From NCBI GenBank assembly GCA_002269645.1, contig NIVC01000755.1:62001-126000 (forward strand): a stretch of 64,000 nucleotides of DNA, read 5' to 3'. This DNA is from Macrostomum lignano. Lineage: Eukaryota. The position numbers and the translations under genes are program-made. The notes beneath the pieces were generated by a model. The model searched no databases. It was given only the letters and a program-made list of their open reading frames with translations, and was not told the origin of the DNA. Positions 1 to 23,300 of this stretch are shown here, piece by piece (position 1 is the stretch's first letter; each line of letters opens with the position of its first letter).

Positions 1-23
1 GACAGACAGACAGACAGACAGTC

Positions 24-56
<33 letters not shown>

Positions 57-79
57 CTAAGACAGACAGACAGACAGTC

Positions 80-110
<31 letters not shown>

Positions 111-207
111 AAGACAGAGACAGACAGACAAACAAACAGACACACACACAGACACAGACAGACAGACAGACAGACAGACACTAAGACAGACAGACAGACA
201 GACACTA

Positions 208-260
<53 letters not shown>

Positions 261-263
261 CTA

Positions 264-312
<49 letters not shown>

Positions 313-399
313 CTAAGACAGACAGACAGACAGACACTAAGACAGACAGACAGACAGACAGACACTAAGACAGACAGACAGACAGACAGACAGACACTA

Positions 400-484
<85 letters not shown>

Positions 485-521
485 CTAAGACAGACAGACA
501 CTAAGACAGACAGACAGACAG
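1..521. repeat. (GACA)n microsatellite with interspersed CTAA variants
   Basis: Directly visible GACA tetramer array with recurrent 'gacactaagaca' interruptions; the ORF 261..485 is an artefact of it. Confidence 0.97.
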
Positions 522-639
522 AGTTAGGATTCACCTAAAGACATCGGTATCTTGGCTCGTCACTTGCAGTTAATACCGACACTGCGTAACGGACCCAATC
601 GACAATGTCTGACAACAAAAGCGGTCAAGTTAACTACTG

Positions 640-1218
640 ATGGCAACTGGCACCGCACCGTCATGTGGCCACTGCAATCACAGCGGCAATGATACAGCAA
701 TAATCGAGGCTTACCTTGCGTCAATCAGTTCAATTCACCTGGCGAAGCTTCTATCTGCAGCGCTGTTCGTGCTGATGAACCTGACTGCTGGCCTGGCTCT
801 GGCACTGTGCATCTGCCACTGCCGACGAAATCAACTGGTTCGCTCACTGACTAACGCAGGCTCCCTGCTAATCGACAGTTGCTGCTGCTGTTGCTCTAGC
901 AGGGGCAGCAACTCACAGTTGCAGATTCTGTCAACCCAAAGCGGCAGATGCTGTCTACAAAAGCAACAACCAGACGTAAAAGCAGTTTCTGACAGCAGAA
1001 GATTTTCAATCAAAAAAGCAAATTACTTTCGCAGTTCACGATCAAATCAACTGAATTCTACGCTTGCCAATACAGACTTTGATGAAGAGGCGGATAAGGT
1101 CAGTGGAAGCTGCAGCAGCAGCAGCAGCGAAGGACTCAGCGAAATCTGCGAACTTTTAGATGCTAGAAGATTTACCTGCGGTCAAGAGACTGAAAGTACT
1201 GTGGTGCCGTCTGTGTGA
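640..1218 (+). CDS. Orphan 192-aa putative single-pass membrane protein with Cys-rich juxtamembrane region
   Basis: Non-repetitive ATG-to-TGA ORF; hydrophobic stretch LLSAALFVLMNLTAGLALALCIC followed by HCRR and a CCCCC run. No recognised domain. Confidence 0.55.
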   Translation: MATGTAPSCGHCNHSGNDTAIIEAYLASISSIHLAKLLSAALFVLMNLTAGLALALCICHCRRNQLVRSLTNAGSLLIDSCCCCCSSRGSNSQLQILSTQSGRCCLQKQQPDVKAVSDSRRFSIKKANYFRSSRSNQLNSTLANTDFDEEADKVSGSCSSSSSEGLSEICELLDARRFTCGQETESTVVPSV

Positions 1219-1240
1219 TGCCACTCCACTGCACAACGAC

Positions 1241-1591
1241 TCCCTCACCTCCATAACATCTCCCTCACCTCCATAACATCTCCCTCACCTCCATAACATC
1301 TCCCTCACCTCCATAACATCTCCCTCACCTCCATAACATCTCCCTCACCTCAATAACATCTCCCTTACGTCCATAACATCTCCCTCACCTCCATAACATC
1401 TCCCTCACCTCCGTAACACATCCCTCACCTCCATAACATCTCCCTCACCTCCATAACATCTCCCTCACCTCCATAACATCTCCCTCACCTCCATAACATC
1501 TCCCTCACCTCCATAACATCTCCCTCACCTCCATTAACATATCCCTCACCTCCATAGCATCTCCCTCACCTCCATAACATCTCCTTCACCT
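1241..1591. repeat. 20-bp minisatellite (TCCCTCACCTCCATAACATC)n
   Basis: About 17 near-identical copies starting ~20 bp after the ORF stop. Confidence 0.95.
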
Positions 1592-2349
1592 GTAATGCAG
1601 TTGCTTCTACTTTAATTAAATTTATTTATTGGATTTATATTTTCATTTTGCATTCCCTCATTTATAAACTATAAAAAGTAAGTTTTGCAGTATTTGCAGT
1701 ATTCGTGCATTAAATACTACTTACTGCTTGCCATTTCGTTGATTCACGACTTTAGTAAAGAACAATAAAACTAAATAGACTACTTCTAGTAAGGTGCATG
1801 AAAAACTACCTTTTAGATTTGTTTTATTAATTGATGTTTTCTTATTCAGATTTGAAAAGACAGTGGAGGAAAAATTAGAATCAAATGTACAATTTGGTAG
1901 AAAATTTCTTACTGAAATAGGGACAAAAAGGTTAGTAATTAACAGATTGCAGTTCGTTCCGCGCACAGAGGGAATAAATTAGTTATTCCAAAAATTTACC
2001 TACGAAAAAAACGTTGAGATTAACGATTGGGGTAGCTAATTAACGTGAAAAAATAAAGATTCATTATTGTGTAGTGTACGTTTTAAAATAGTTTAAAATC
2101 GGCTTGGCTAAAAAATTCTGACTAATTAAATGAGATTATTAGGGTAAATAAACTGCATTGCAGCTGTGTACCATTGAGATCTTGGAAAAAAGTAAAATTG
2201 CTTCAACTAATTCAGCAGCACATGCACAACACAATGAGTTTAAGACGGAAAAAGCCTTATTTAGAGGCGCGATTGAAAAGCTTTTAATTCTTAGCGGGTG
2301 AAACAAAACAGTTTGAAAAAGGTACTAAAAATTACAAAACTAAACCTCT

Positions 2350-2790
2350 ACTCCTCCAACCCCCACTCCGCCAAGTCTGAAATCCGCCTAGCCCATATTC
2401 CGCCAACCTCCACTTCGCCAACCCCCCACTCCGCCAACCCCTCAGCTCACTCCGCCAAACCTCCACTCCGCCAAACCCCACTTCGCCAACCCCCCACTCC
2501 GCCAACCCCCACTTCGCCAACCCCCCACTCCGCCAAAACTCCACTCCGCCTAGCCCCCACTCCGCCAACCTCCACTTCGCCAACCCCCCACTCCGCCAAA
2601 ACTCCACTACGCCTAGCCCCCACTCCGCCAACCCCTCACTCCGCCAAACCTCCACTCCGCCAACCCCCACTCCGCCAACCCCCACTCCGCCAAACCTCCA
2701 CTCCGCCAAACCCCACTCCGCCAACCCCCACTCCGCCAAACCTCCACTTCTCCAAGCCCCCACTCCGCCAACAACCTCACACTGCATACC
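2350..2790. repeat. Degenerate C-rich short-unit repeat (core CCACTCCGCCAA)
   Basis: Repeated CCCCACTCCGCCAA / CCTCCACTCCGCCAA units; explains the Pro-rich ORFs 2298..2816. Confidence 0.9.
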
Positions 2791-3026
2791 ACCCAATCCA
2801 ATCCAATAGTATATAGATCAGAGCTTCTAGATATTATGGAAAAAAAACTTCACAACAAAGCACCCTACTTAGCAAATTAAGAGAAAAAACTTACGATGAA
2901 GCATTGTTTGCAAAGCAACACGCAAAACAACAAAAACAACATCGAAAGCAAGAAATGAGGATTCGTACTTTATAAACTTAAGAGCCAATCAGATTGCGTC
3001 GAGAAGAAAAGGGTCAGTTCAGTTAT

Positions 3027-13414
<10,388 letters not shown>

Positions 13415-13476
13415 TATTGTAGTGCTGGCTTGGAACTGCGTATGGTGAGGGGCTGCGTGCTAGATCAGCCTGAAAG

Positions 13477-15245
13477 AGATCCTGAAGCAAATGCATGATC
13501 CTGAAGCTAATGTAAAGAGATCCTGAAGCAAATGCAAGGAGATCCTGAAGCTAATGCATGATCCTGGAGCTAATGTAAAGAGATCCTGAAGCTAATGCAA
13601 GGAGATCCTAAAGCTGAACTACGTGTAAGTAGATCCTGAAGCTAATGCAAGGAGATCCTGAATAAATGCAAGCAGATCATGAAGCTAATGCAAGCAGATC
13701 ATGAAGCTAATGCAAGGAGAACCTGAATAAATGCAAGCAGATCATGAAGCTAATGCAAGCAGATCATGAAGCTAATGCAATGAGAACCTGAATAAATGCA
13801 AGCAGATCATGAAGCTAATGCAAGCAGATCATGAAGCTAATGCAAGGAGAACCTGAATAAATGCAAGCAGATCATGAAGCTAATGCAAGGAGATCCTGAA
13901 GCTAATGCAAGCAGATCATGAAGCTAATGCAAGCAGATCCTGAATAAATGCAAGCAGATCATGAAGCTAATGCAAGGAGATCCTGAAGCTGAACTACGTG
14001 TAAGTAGATCCTGAAGCTAATGCAAGGAGATCCTGAATAAATGCAAGCAGATCATGAAGCTAATGCAAGGAGATCCTGAAGCTAATGCAAGGAGATCCTG
14101 AAGCTAATGCAAGGAGATCCTGAATAAATGCAAGCAGATCATGAAGCTAATGCAAGGAGATCCTGAAGCTAATGCAAGGAGATCCTGAAGCTAATGCAAG
14201 GAGATCCTGAATAAATGCAAGCAGATCATGAAGCTAATGTAAGGAGATCCTGAATAAATGCAAGCAGATCATGAAGCTAATGCAAGGAGATCCTGAAGCT
14301 GAACTACGTGTAAGTAGATCCTGAAGCTAATGCAAGGAGATCCTGAAGCTAATGCAAGGAGATCCTGAATAAATGCAAGCAGATCATGAAGCTAATGCAA
14401 GGAGATCCTGAAGCTGAACTACGTGTAAGTAGATCCTGAAGCTAATGCAAGGAGATCCTGAATAAATGCAAGCAGATCATGAAGCTAATGCAAGGAGAAC
14501 CTGAATAAATGCAAGCAGATCATGAAGCTAATGTAAGGAGATCCTGAAGCTAATGCAAGGAGATCCTGAAGCTAATGCAAGGAGATCCTGAAGCTAATGT
14601 AAGGAGATCCTGAAGCTAATGCAAGCAGATCATGAAGCTAATGCAAGCAGATCATGAAGCTAATGCAAGGAGATCCTGAAGCTAATGCAAGGAGATCCTA
14701 AAGCTAATGCAAGGAGATCCTGAATAAATGCAAGCAGATCATGAAGCTAATGCAAGGAGATCCTGAATAAATGCAAGCAGATCATGAAGCTAATGCAAGG
14801 ATATCCTGAAGCTGAACTACGTGTAAGTAGATCCTGAAGCTAATGCAAGGAGATCCTGAATAAATGCAAGCAGATCATGAAGCTAATGCAAGGAGAACCT
14901 GAATAAATGCAAGCAGATCATGAAGCTAATGTAAGGAGATCCTGAAGCTAATGCAAGGAGATCCTGAAGCTAATGCAAGGAGATCCTGAAGCTAATGTAA
15001 GGAGATCCTGAAGCTAATGCAAGCAGATCATGAAGCTAATGCAAGCAGATCATGAAGCTAATGCAAGGAGATCCTGAAGCTAATGCAAGGAGATCCTAAA
15101 GCTAATGCAAGGAGATCCTGAATAAATGCAAGCAGATCATGAAGCTAATGCAAGGAGATCCTGAATAAATGCAAGCAGATCATGAAGCTAATGCAAGGAG
15201 ATCCTGATCCTGAGGCAAATGCAAGGAGATCCTGAAGCTAAATGC
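13477..15245. repeat. ~22-bp minisatellite (GATCCTGAAGCTAATGCAAGGA)n in the probable 5'UTR intron
   Basis: Directly visible; fills the interval between the acceptor at 13469 and the donor at 15286. Confidence 0.95.
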
Positions 15246-15807
15246 AAGAAGAGACCATAAGATCAACAATTGCATTATATCTTACCGTGAAAGTTGCAAG
15301 TAATTATTTTAAAAAATATACTCTTCGATTGCAGATAACCCAAGAAAAAGAAAATGCGAGCTCTGAAACACTGCTAGACAATATTGTGTATCACGCGTGC
15401 GTACACTAAATAGCATAAGGCTTGGCAAAGCAGCAGCCAGTGTACAACCCTTCCTTTATTTGTGGGGGGGGTTGGCGCGACTGGGGAAGGGAGAGAGAAG
15501 GACAGGGTTGGGAGAAGAGCGTCCAATAGAAATCCACGTGACCTACAAACCCCCGCACGCCCTTGAGTGCAACGTAAATTTATAATCCAACAGCCAATTG
15601 CGAGACCGAGTCAGAGAGACTGACCGAAATATCAAGAGCGAAAAACTGCTTTAATGGCTTCTCTGTCCATGCCTGCCACTGTACGAAGTCAAGGACTACT
15701 ATTCAGTTAGAAACTTGGATGGAAAACTGAAGAAATTATAGCTTAATGGCGATTGGCGATGGCGCCCCACCCATGAATCCCTATGATGGTAACATTTACA
15801 TTTTCAG

Positions 15808-15962
15808 ATTTTTAGCGCTCCATTATCGGATATTTTAGCGCCACATTATTAGAGATTTTAGCGCCATATTATTAGAGATTTTAGCGCCACATTTTTAGAG
15901 ATTTTAGCGCCACATTATTAGAGATTTTAGCGCCGCATTATTAGAGATTTTAGCGCCGCATT
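15808..15962. repeat. 24-bp minisatellite (GATTTTAGCGCCACATTATTAGA-like), ~6 copies
   Basis: Directly visible. Confidence 0.88.
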
Positions 15963-16655
15963 AAAATAACTTTAATAGAGACTTTAAATTCTTTAATTTC
16001 GCGCACACAAGATCTTTCCTGTTTGTTTGCTTACGAGAATCCAGACCAGATTCTATTTTTCAGTACTCCCTGACATTGCCGTACACTTCCATTCAGAGGA
16101 GGGATTGAGGGCCGGAGTGAGAGACTGTGAACTGGGGGCGGCGAGAAGTTCAGACTTCAGGGTTCGCGACAGACAAAAAAACATTTCTTTTAGAAGCAAT
16201 TACAATTAAAAGATAAGAATAGCTGCAGACACCCACGCCTCAATTATGAGCTATTATAGTTTAATTGAATTTAGCATTGCTCTCACGCTGTATTATAAGA
16301 TGCGGGTAGTGCAGTTGAGGTGGTTGGGGCGCTTGACTGCAGGCCGGGGACGGCTGGTAATTTTCCGTCAGACCAAACCCCATCTCTTAACCCCCGCCGC
16401 CCTCAGTTGAGGACAAGGGGGTGAGGGGTGGGGCGAGAGTGGAAAAACCCCAAACGGAGGCTAAAAGAAGACAGGCAACACATAGAAAAAGAAAGCCGGG
16501 AAAGAAGAGGGCAAAAAAATATGTTGCGTGGGTATGAGGGTTCATCAGTTAGTGAACTTATGTTTGAATTTAAAATGTTTAGAATCTTACATTTAAACGA
16601 AAGAATTAACGTAGATATTTCATAATTGTATTCTCGAAATGTTTCTTGACTGCAA

Positions 16656-17292
16656 TGTCACTGGGATCTGGATTCTGTCATTGGGATCTGGATTCTGTCA
16701 TTGGGATCTGGATTCTGTCACTGGGATCTGGATTCTGTCATTGGGATCTGGATTCTGTCATTGGGATCTGGATTCTGTCACTGGGATCTGGATTCTGTCA
16801 CTGGGATCTGGATTCTGTCATTGGGATCTGGATTCTGTCACTGGGATCTGGATTCTGTCATTGGGATCTGGATTCTGTCATTGGGATAGCTGGATTCTAT
16901 CACTGGGATCTGGATTCTGTCACTGGGATCTGGATTCTGTCATTGGGATTTGGATTCTGTCAATGGGATCTGGATTCTGTCACTGGGATAGCTGGATTCT
17001 ATCACTGGGATCTGGATTCTGTCACTGGGATCTGGATTCTGTCATTGGGATTTGGATTCTGTCAATGGGATCTGGATTCTGTCACTGGGATCTGGATTCT
17101 GTCATTGGGATCTGGATTCTGTCATTGGGATAGCTGGATTCTATCACTGGGATCTGGATTCTGTCACTGGGATCTGGATTCTGTCATTGGATCTGGATTC
17201 TGTCATTGGGATCTGGATTCTGTCATTGGGATCTGGATTCTGTCATTGGGATCTGGATTCTGTCATTGGGATCTGGGTTCTATCATTGAGAT
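16656..17292. repeat. 20-bp minisatellite (GTCA[CT]TGGGATCTGGATTCT)n
   Basis: Directly visible; same unit as the array at 21172-21815. Confidence 0.96.
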
Positions 17293-17304
17293 CTTGATCG
17301 ATAG

Positions 17305-17805
17305 ATCTTCCAGAACGACGTTCTCGCCATCAGCTCCTTCGCCATGGAGCTGTACAATAAGCGAATCTGGGGATTGGAGATCACCCTCTCCACTCTGTCA
17401 GTCAAGCGGCAATCCCACGCGGCTGGCCCATGTCCTTCCTCCGCCCTGCGCAGAGCCCTGCTTGGACTCAACCGCAGGGACATCAGGGTCATGGCTGTTT
17501 TGCCAGGCATCGTCACCTCCAGGGAAAATCCGTAGCGAGGAATGTCCATTTTGTCTCTCGCCGGTGTCGAGAATGCAGAGCACGTCATCTGTGAATGCCC
17601 CGCCTTTACACAGGACAGGCTCACCTAACTCGGCTGGAACCCGGACGGACCTCCGACGTTTTTAGGCCCCAGAATCCTGCAATCTCGTCCGCTACCTAAG
17701 GGCACCATGCATCCTCCTCCTGGACTCTCCGGAAAGAGGGACTGCGCTGCGGACACCGGCATCACCGGATCTCCCTGCGCGACTGGGCAACAACGTAACG
17801 CAAGT
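17305..17805 (+). mobile_element. 5'-truncated, degenerate non-LTR retrotransposon 3' end (C-terminal CCHC zinc knuckle; I/LOA/R1-type)
   Basis: Frameshifted translation [13 protein letters not shown]...EECPFC...ENAEHVICECPAFTQDRLT*LG matches the C-terminal Cx2C...HxxxxC knuckle of I-group LINEs; it ends in a short CAAC/GTAAC/GCAAG tail. Confidence 0.7.
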
Positions 17806-17924
17806 CTTCGATCGCTTTACGAACATCAGGAATTTACATTTCTCGTATCAATATGAAACAGGTTTAATTTTTTTAGTTTTATAAAACTGTTTAATTTAAA
17901 AAATTATTACACCAGCCCAAAGGG

Positions 17925-18189
17925 ACATGTGCAACCGACAGCTCAGCCGCAGCTATTGCGCGGCGCATCTGAAGGCTGCGTACGGCTGTTCAGTCCAAGG
18001 ACTGGGGGGTCGCCACACAGCCTCAATTACCCCAGCTAATGCTGGCACCCATTTTACAGCTGGGTGAACTGAAGAAATGCAGAGTTAAGTATCTTGCTCA
18101 AGGACACGAATTGTTCCTATAGTGGGATCGGGAATCGAACCCCCGACCTTCAAGCCGCGAGTCCGACGCTCTTACCGCTAGGTAGGCTA
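17925..18189 (-). mobile_element. tRNA-derived SINE with CORE-like central domain
   Basis: Minus strand reads TAGCCTACCTAGCGGTAAGAGCG (A-box-like) ... GGGTTCGATTCCC (B box) ... CCTTGAGCAAGATACTTAACTCTGCATTTCTTCAGTTCACCCAGCTGTAAAATGGG, which aligns by eye to the CORE consensus TTGGGCAAGTCACTTAACCTCTCTG..CTCAGTTTCCTCATCTGTAAAATGGG. Confidence 0.8.
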
Positions 18190-19029
18190 CAACCCCCTTG
18201 TAAACATAAACAAGTAAATAAACAAGACGCGACAAAAAGCCAAAAGTCTGTGTTGATTTTGCTCAAACTTCGAATGAACTCCCTTAAGATGTCATAAGTC
18301 GGTAAATTAAGTATCAAGCTGTCAGTGTAATCAAAGTATAGAGTCTGACCGGCCAGTTGTACTATCCATAAGCTTACTCGTTGATAAATCAATCAATTTA
18401 TTATCTAGTAAACGTCTATCTATATCAAACCAAGAACTACACCAAGCAAAAAAATTAGACTCTAAAAAGGAAAGCAAAGTAAGAAGGAAGTAAGCAATTA
18501 TTAAACTCCTAATAAAACAGCAAATTTAAAAACACAGCGTTTAAAAAGCAGAAATAAAAAGAACACACATACATATCAATGCTATTTGCTCTGTCAAAAA
18601 AAACAATTAGGTGAAATACAACTACTAGGCAAGCAATTCCGGTTCGCAGAGCACTGCTAGAAGATGGAAGATTATTTATTTTTCGCTCATTTTGCTGCTT
18701 TAACAGGGTGCAACGGGACTGCTGCTTTCGCGAAGCAAAGTGAATAGTTGAGTAGGTTAAAAGACTTTGTAACTACTTGAAAAGTAGTAATAACTCTAGT
18801 AAGTGTTTCTAAATAAATTAATAACAATTAATTGACAATGTAGAGTTTATTGTTAAAGTAAAAAAGGCACAAAAGCTTCAGGAATTTCATTCAAAACACA
18901 CAAAAGCCGCTACTGATTTATTGACCAATTTCAACTTTGCTTCTCTCAAAAAGGTTTGTCAGTCAAACATTGAAGCGACAAAAAAACGGATATACGGTTA
19001 TTGAGAATTCTTATTAATTTATTGAGATA

Positions 19030-20244
19030 ATAGAGGGGCGATTCTTAGTTATTAGAGGGGCGATTCTCACGTAATTAGAGGGGGGATTCTAAGACAATAG
19101 AGGGGCGATTCTCAGTTATTAGAGGGGCGATTCTCAGAGAGTAGATTAGAGGGGCGATTCTCAGAGAGTGGATTAGAGGGGCGATTCTCAGAGAGTGGAT
19201 TAGAGGGGCGATTCTCAGAGAGTAGATTAGAGGAGCGATTCTCAGAGAGTGGATTAGAGGGGCGATTCTCAGAGAGTAGATTAGAGGGGCAATTCTCAGA
19301 GAGTGGATTAGAGGGGCGATTCTCAGAGAGTAGATTAGAGGGGCGATTCTCAGAGACTGGATTAGAGGGGCGATTCTCAGAGAGTAGATTAGAGGGGCAA
19401 TTCTCAGAGAGTAGATTAGAGGAGCGATTCTCAGAGAGTGGATTAGAGGGGCGATTCTCAGAGAGTAGATTAGAGGGGCGATTCTCAGAGAGTGGATTAG
19501 AGGGGCGATTCTCAGAGAGTAGATTAGAGGGGCGATTCTCAGAGAGTGGATTAGAGGGGCGATTCTCAGAGAGTAGATTAGAGGGGCGATTCTCAGAGAC
19601 TGGATTAGAGGGGCGATTCTCAGAGAGTAGATTAGAGGGGCAATTCTCAGAGAGTAGATTAGAGGAGCGATTCTCAGAGAGTGGATTAGAGGGGCGATTC
19701 TCAGAGAGTAGATTAGAGGGGCGATTCTCAGAGAGTGGATTAGAGGGGCGATTCTCAGAGAGTAGATTAGAGGGGCGATTCTCAGAGAGTGGATTAGAGG
19801 GGCGATTCTCAGAGAGTGGATTAGAGGGGCGATTCTCAGAGAGTAGATTAGAGGGGCAATTCTCAGAGAGTAGATTAGAGGGGCGATTCTCAGAGAGTGG
19901 ATTAGAGGGGCGATTCTCAGAGAGTAGATTAGAGGGGCGATTCTCAGAGAGTGGATTAGAGGGGCGATTCTCAGAGAGTAGATTAGAGGGGCGATTCTCA
20001 GAGAGTGGATTAGAGGGGCGATTCTCAGAGAGTGGATTAGAGGGGCGATTCTCAGAGAGTGGATTAGAGGGGCGATTCTCAGAGAGTGGATTAGAGGGGC
20101 GATTCTCAGAGAGTGGATTAGAGGGGCGATTCTCAGAGAGTGGATTAGAGGGGCGATTCTCAGAGAGTGGATTAGAGGGGCGATTCTCAGAGAGTGGATT
20201 AGAGGGGCGATTCTCAGAGAGTGGATTAGAGGGGCGATTCTCAG
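19030..20244. repeat. 27-bp minisatellite (GATTAGAGGGGCGATTCTCAGAGAGTG)n just downstream of the desaturase stop
   Basis: Period 27; produces the artefactual (LRIAPLIHS)n ORF 19075..20298. Confidence 0.97.
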
Positions 20245-20318
20245 GAAACAGTAACTATATTTAAAATTAACCAAAAGCTCGGAGTTACGTGACGACAACT
20301 GCTAGCAGAGCAAAGCGC

Positions 20319-23300
20319 TTATCCCGGCATATAATAGGCTTCGAACCACAGCTCTCCGGACTTCTTCAAGGATCTGATAATGTCGGCAAAGGCTGTGCCA
20401 AGCGGTTTCTCAACGTACGGAATGCCGTGCTTGGAGCAGATGCGCTTCACGTGTGGCTGCACCAGCGGATAGGAGTGACGGGGCATCGTTGGGAACAAGC
20501 TGCGGGTTTCAGGTTGGTGAGGTAATTGAAGCTAATGATTACACTGTTGTATGCATACACTGCTTTGTGCGTGTTTAGCTATTGAAGTGTCTATCACTGT
20601 AGTGTGTCACTGAAGTGTGAGTGTCACTGAAGTGTGAGTGTCACTGAAGTTTGTGCGTCACTGAAGTTTGTGTGTCACTGAAGTGTGTGTCACTAAAAGA
20701 TGATCTGTCACTAAATAGCCTGTCACTGAAAGATGATCTGTCACTAAATAGCCTGTCACTGAAAGATGATCTGTCACTAAAGAGCCTGTCACTGAAAGAT
20801 GATCTGTCACTAAATAGCCTGTCACTGAAACATGATCTGTCACTAAAGAGCCTGTCACTGAAAGATAATCTGTCTGAAATTGTCACTGGAGTCACTGGAA
20901 TTGTTTTGACTACAGGAAGCTTAACTAAACAATGCAATCCCAAACTCACTGGTGCTCAATCTGGTAGTTGAGATGCCCGGTGAACCAATCGTTGAAACTG
21001 CCGCCCTCAGCGTTCATTGTGGCTTTCAGCTGCATGGAGAACCAGTCGCGACGCTGATCGCGGTCGATGTCCATGGGGATGTGGCTCATCTGGGTGCAGG
21101 CCACGAACCAGTGCGACTCCAGGTAGCTGGGCAGGTGGGTGAGCAGGAACTTTGATTGTCTTCAATATTATGTCGTTGGGATCAGGATTCCGTCATTGGG
21201 ATCTGGATTCTGTCATTGGGATCTGGATTCTGTCACTGGGATCTGGATTCTGTCACTGGGATCTGGATTCTGCCATCAAGATCTGAAGTCTATCACTGGG
21301 ATCTGGATTCTGTCATCAAGATCTGAAGTCTATCACTGGGATCTGGATTCTGTCATTGGGATCTGGATTCTGTCATTGGGATCTGGATTCTGTCACTGGG
21401 ATCTGGATTCTGTCATTGGGATCTGGATTCTGTAATTGGGATCTGGATTCTGTCACTGGGATCTGGATTCTGTCATCAAGATCTGAAGTCTATCACTGGG
21501 ATCTGGATTCTGTCACTGGGATCTGGATTCTGTCATCAAGATCTGAAGTCTATCACTGGGATCTGGATTCTGTCATCAAGATCTGAAGTCTATTACTGGG
21601 ATCTGGATTCTGTCATCAAGATCTGAAGTCTATCACTGGGATCTGGATTCTGTCATTGGGATCTGGATTCTGTCATTGGGATCTGGATTCTGTCATTGGG
21701 ATCTGGATTCTATCACTGGGATCTGGATTCTGTCATTGGGATCTGAAGTCTATCACTGGGATCTGGATTCCGTCAGTGGGATCTGGATTTTGTCACTGGG
21801 ATTTGAAGTCTATTTCAGCGTCAGATATTGATTTCTATATTTAACTTTTGGATGTTATATGTAAAGAGTGCATAAAAATTTCCCTAGAACCCAGCTTACC
21901 GGGTGAACATGTACAGGGCAAAGGTGCCCCACCAGCTGGAGAAGAAGTGATTGAACACGTAGAAAAACTTGGCAAAAAATGACACGGTCCACATCAGGTC
22001 GCGAAGATTTCGTCGTTTCAGCGTAAAGTACACGTTCTCGAAGTGGAAGTACAGCGGCAGCAGCATCGGGGGTCCCAGCAGCCAGAAGTAGTCGTGCTGC
22101 CAGTTGTAGGGCATGAAGCCGCGCTTCTTCTGACCCCACTCTTTCGGCATTTTGTCTCCTAGCAGGAACACGTACGGCACGCCAATGTCCGGGTCTGTTC
22201 CAACTACATTCGGCTTCGAATGATGCAGAAAGTGACGGAAATTCCACCAGTGCGAGCTGGCGCCTTTCAGATGGCCAACAACCAGTTCGTGACCGATGTG
22301 GTTGAGTCGGCGACTGTTGAACACGCTCAGGTGACCGTAGTCGTGCTGGGCCCAGCCCGCCTGAGAGTTTGAGGATTGACTAAGAGACTTCCTCTCTCCT
22401 CCCTTTCACCTCTCCTCTCTCTCCTCTCACCTTTCCCCTCCTCCCACCTCTCATCTCTCCCCTCCTCTCACCTCTCATCTCTCCCCTCCTCTCACCTCTC
22501 TTTCCCTCTCACCTCTCCTCCCCTTTCACCTCTCTTTCCCTCTCCTCTCCTCCCCTTTCACCTCTCTCCTCTTCCCACCTCTCCTCTCTCCTCCCTCCTC
22601 TCCTCTCTCCTCCCCTCTCTCCTCCCACCTCCCTCCTCTCACCTCTCTTCTCTCCCCTCCTCTCACTTCCTCTTACCTCTCCTACCCTCTCACCTTTTAG
22701 TATTTTCCCTAAAACTGATCTACAATCCAACCCTACAATCGGTCAAAACTTCCGCGATGATCATACCTGAGCTTGAGCGGTGCACAACAGCAGGGCGGCA
22801 GCAACAAAGGTCAACAGATTGACGCCCCAGTGCCACAGGATAAACACGGCAGCCAGCTCAAATAGCCAGCATTGAACCAGATACTTGAAGAAGAAGAAAG
22901 GCTTTGTGGCAAACCAGCCAGACGTCTCGGCTACTTTGCGAAGCTCGCGGAAATCTCTCTGAACTGGTGACTTAAATTTTTATAATGTTTTTAATGATGA
23001 TTACAAGCCAAAATTCTTTATGGAGTTTATTTTTTATAACAAAGAATTGTACTTACTAAGTTATCTTCATAGTCCACAACAACTCCACACTCAAGTGGCT
23101 TCATGTACTTCTCAACCAGTGCCTTGTCATTGTGCAGAGCAACAAATGCATCCTGTTAATAGTTGAATATTATTAAATATAATTACCAGATTATTGTCCA
23201 GCCTAATATTGAATTAGTCATTTGTGTTGGAGTTCATTTAAGATCTTGTGCAATTAAAATTTGACTTTAATTAGCTGAAATTACTGCTATATATTCATAT

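Noticed and set aside
2298-2816. Pro-rich, extensin-like ORF
   Set aside because: A translation of the CCACTCCGCCAA repeat, with no ATG start or splice support.
15640-16210. Possible plus-strand gene diverging from the four-repeat gene promoter
   Set aside because: Only short ORFs and isolated splice-like motifs; no recognisable product.
19075-20298. 407-aa (LRIAPLIHS)n ORF, and similar long repetitive ORFs at 16646-17665, 31032-31739, 35806-37368, 41959-42801 and 48419-49189
   Set aside because: They are stop-free frames of minisatellites, several inside demonstrable introns, with no coding context.
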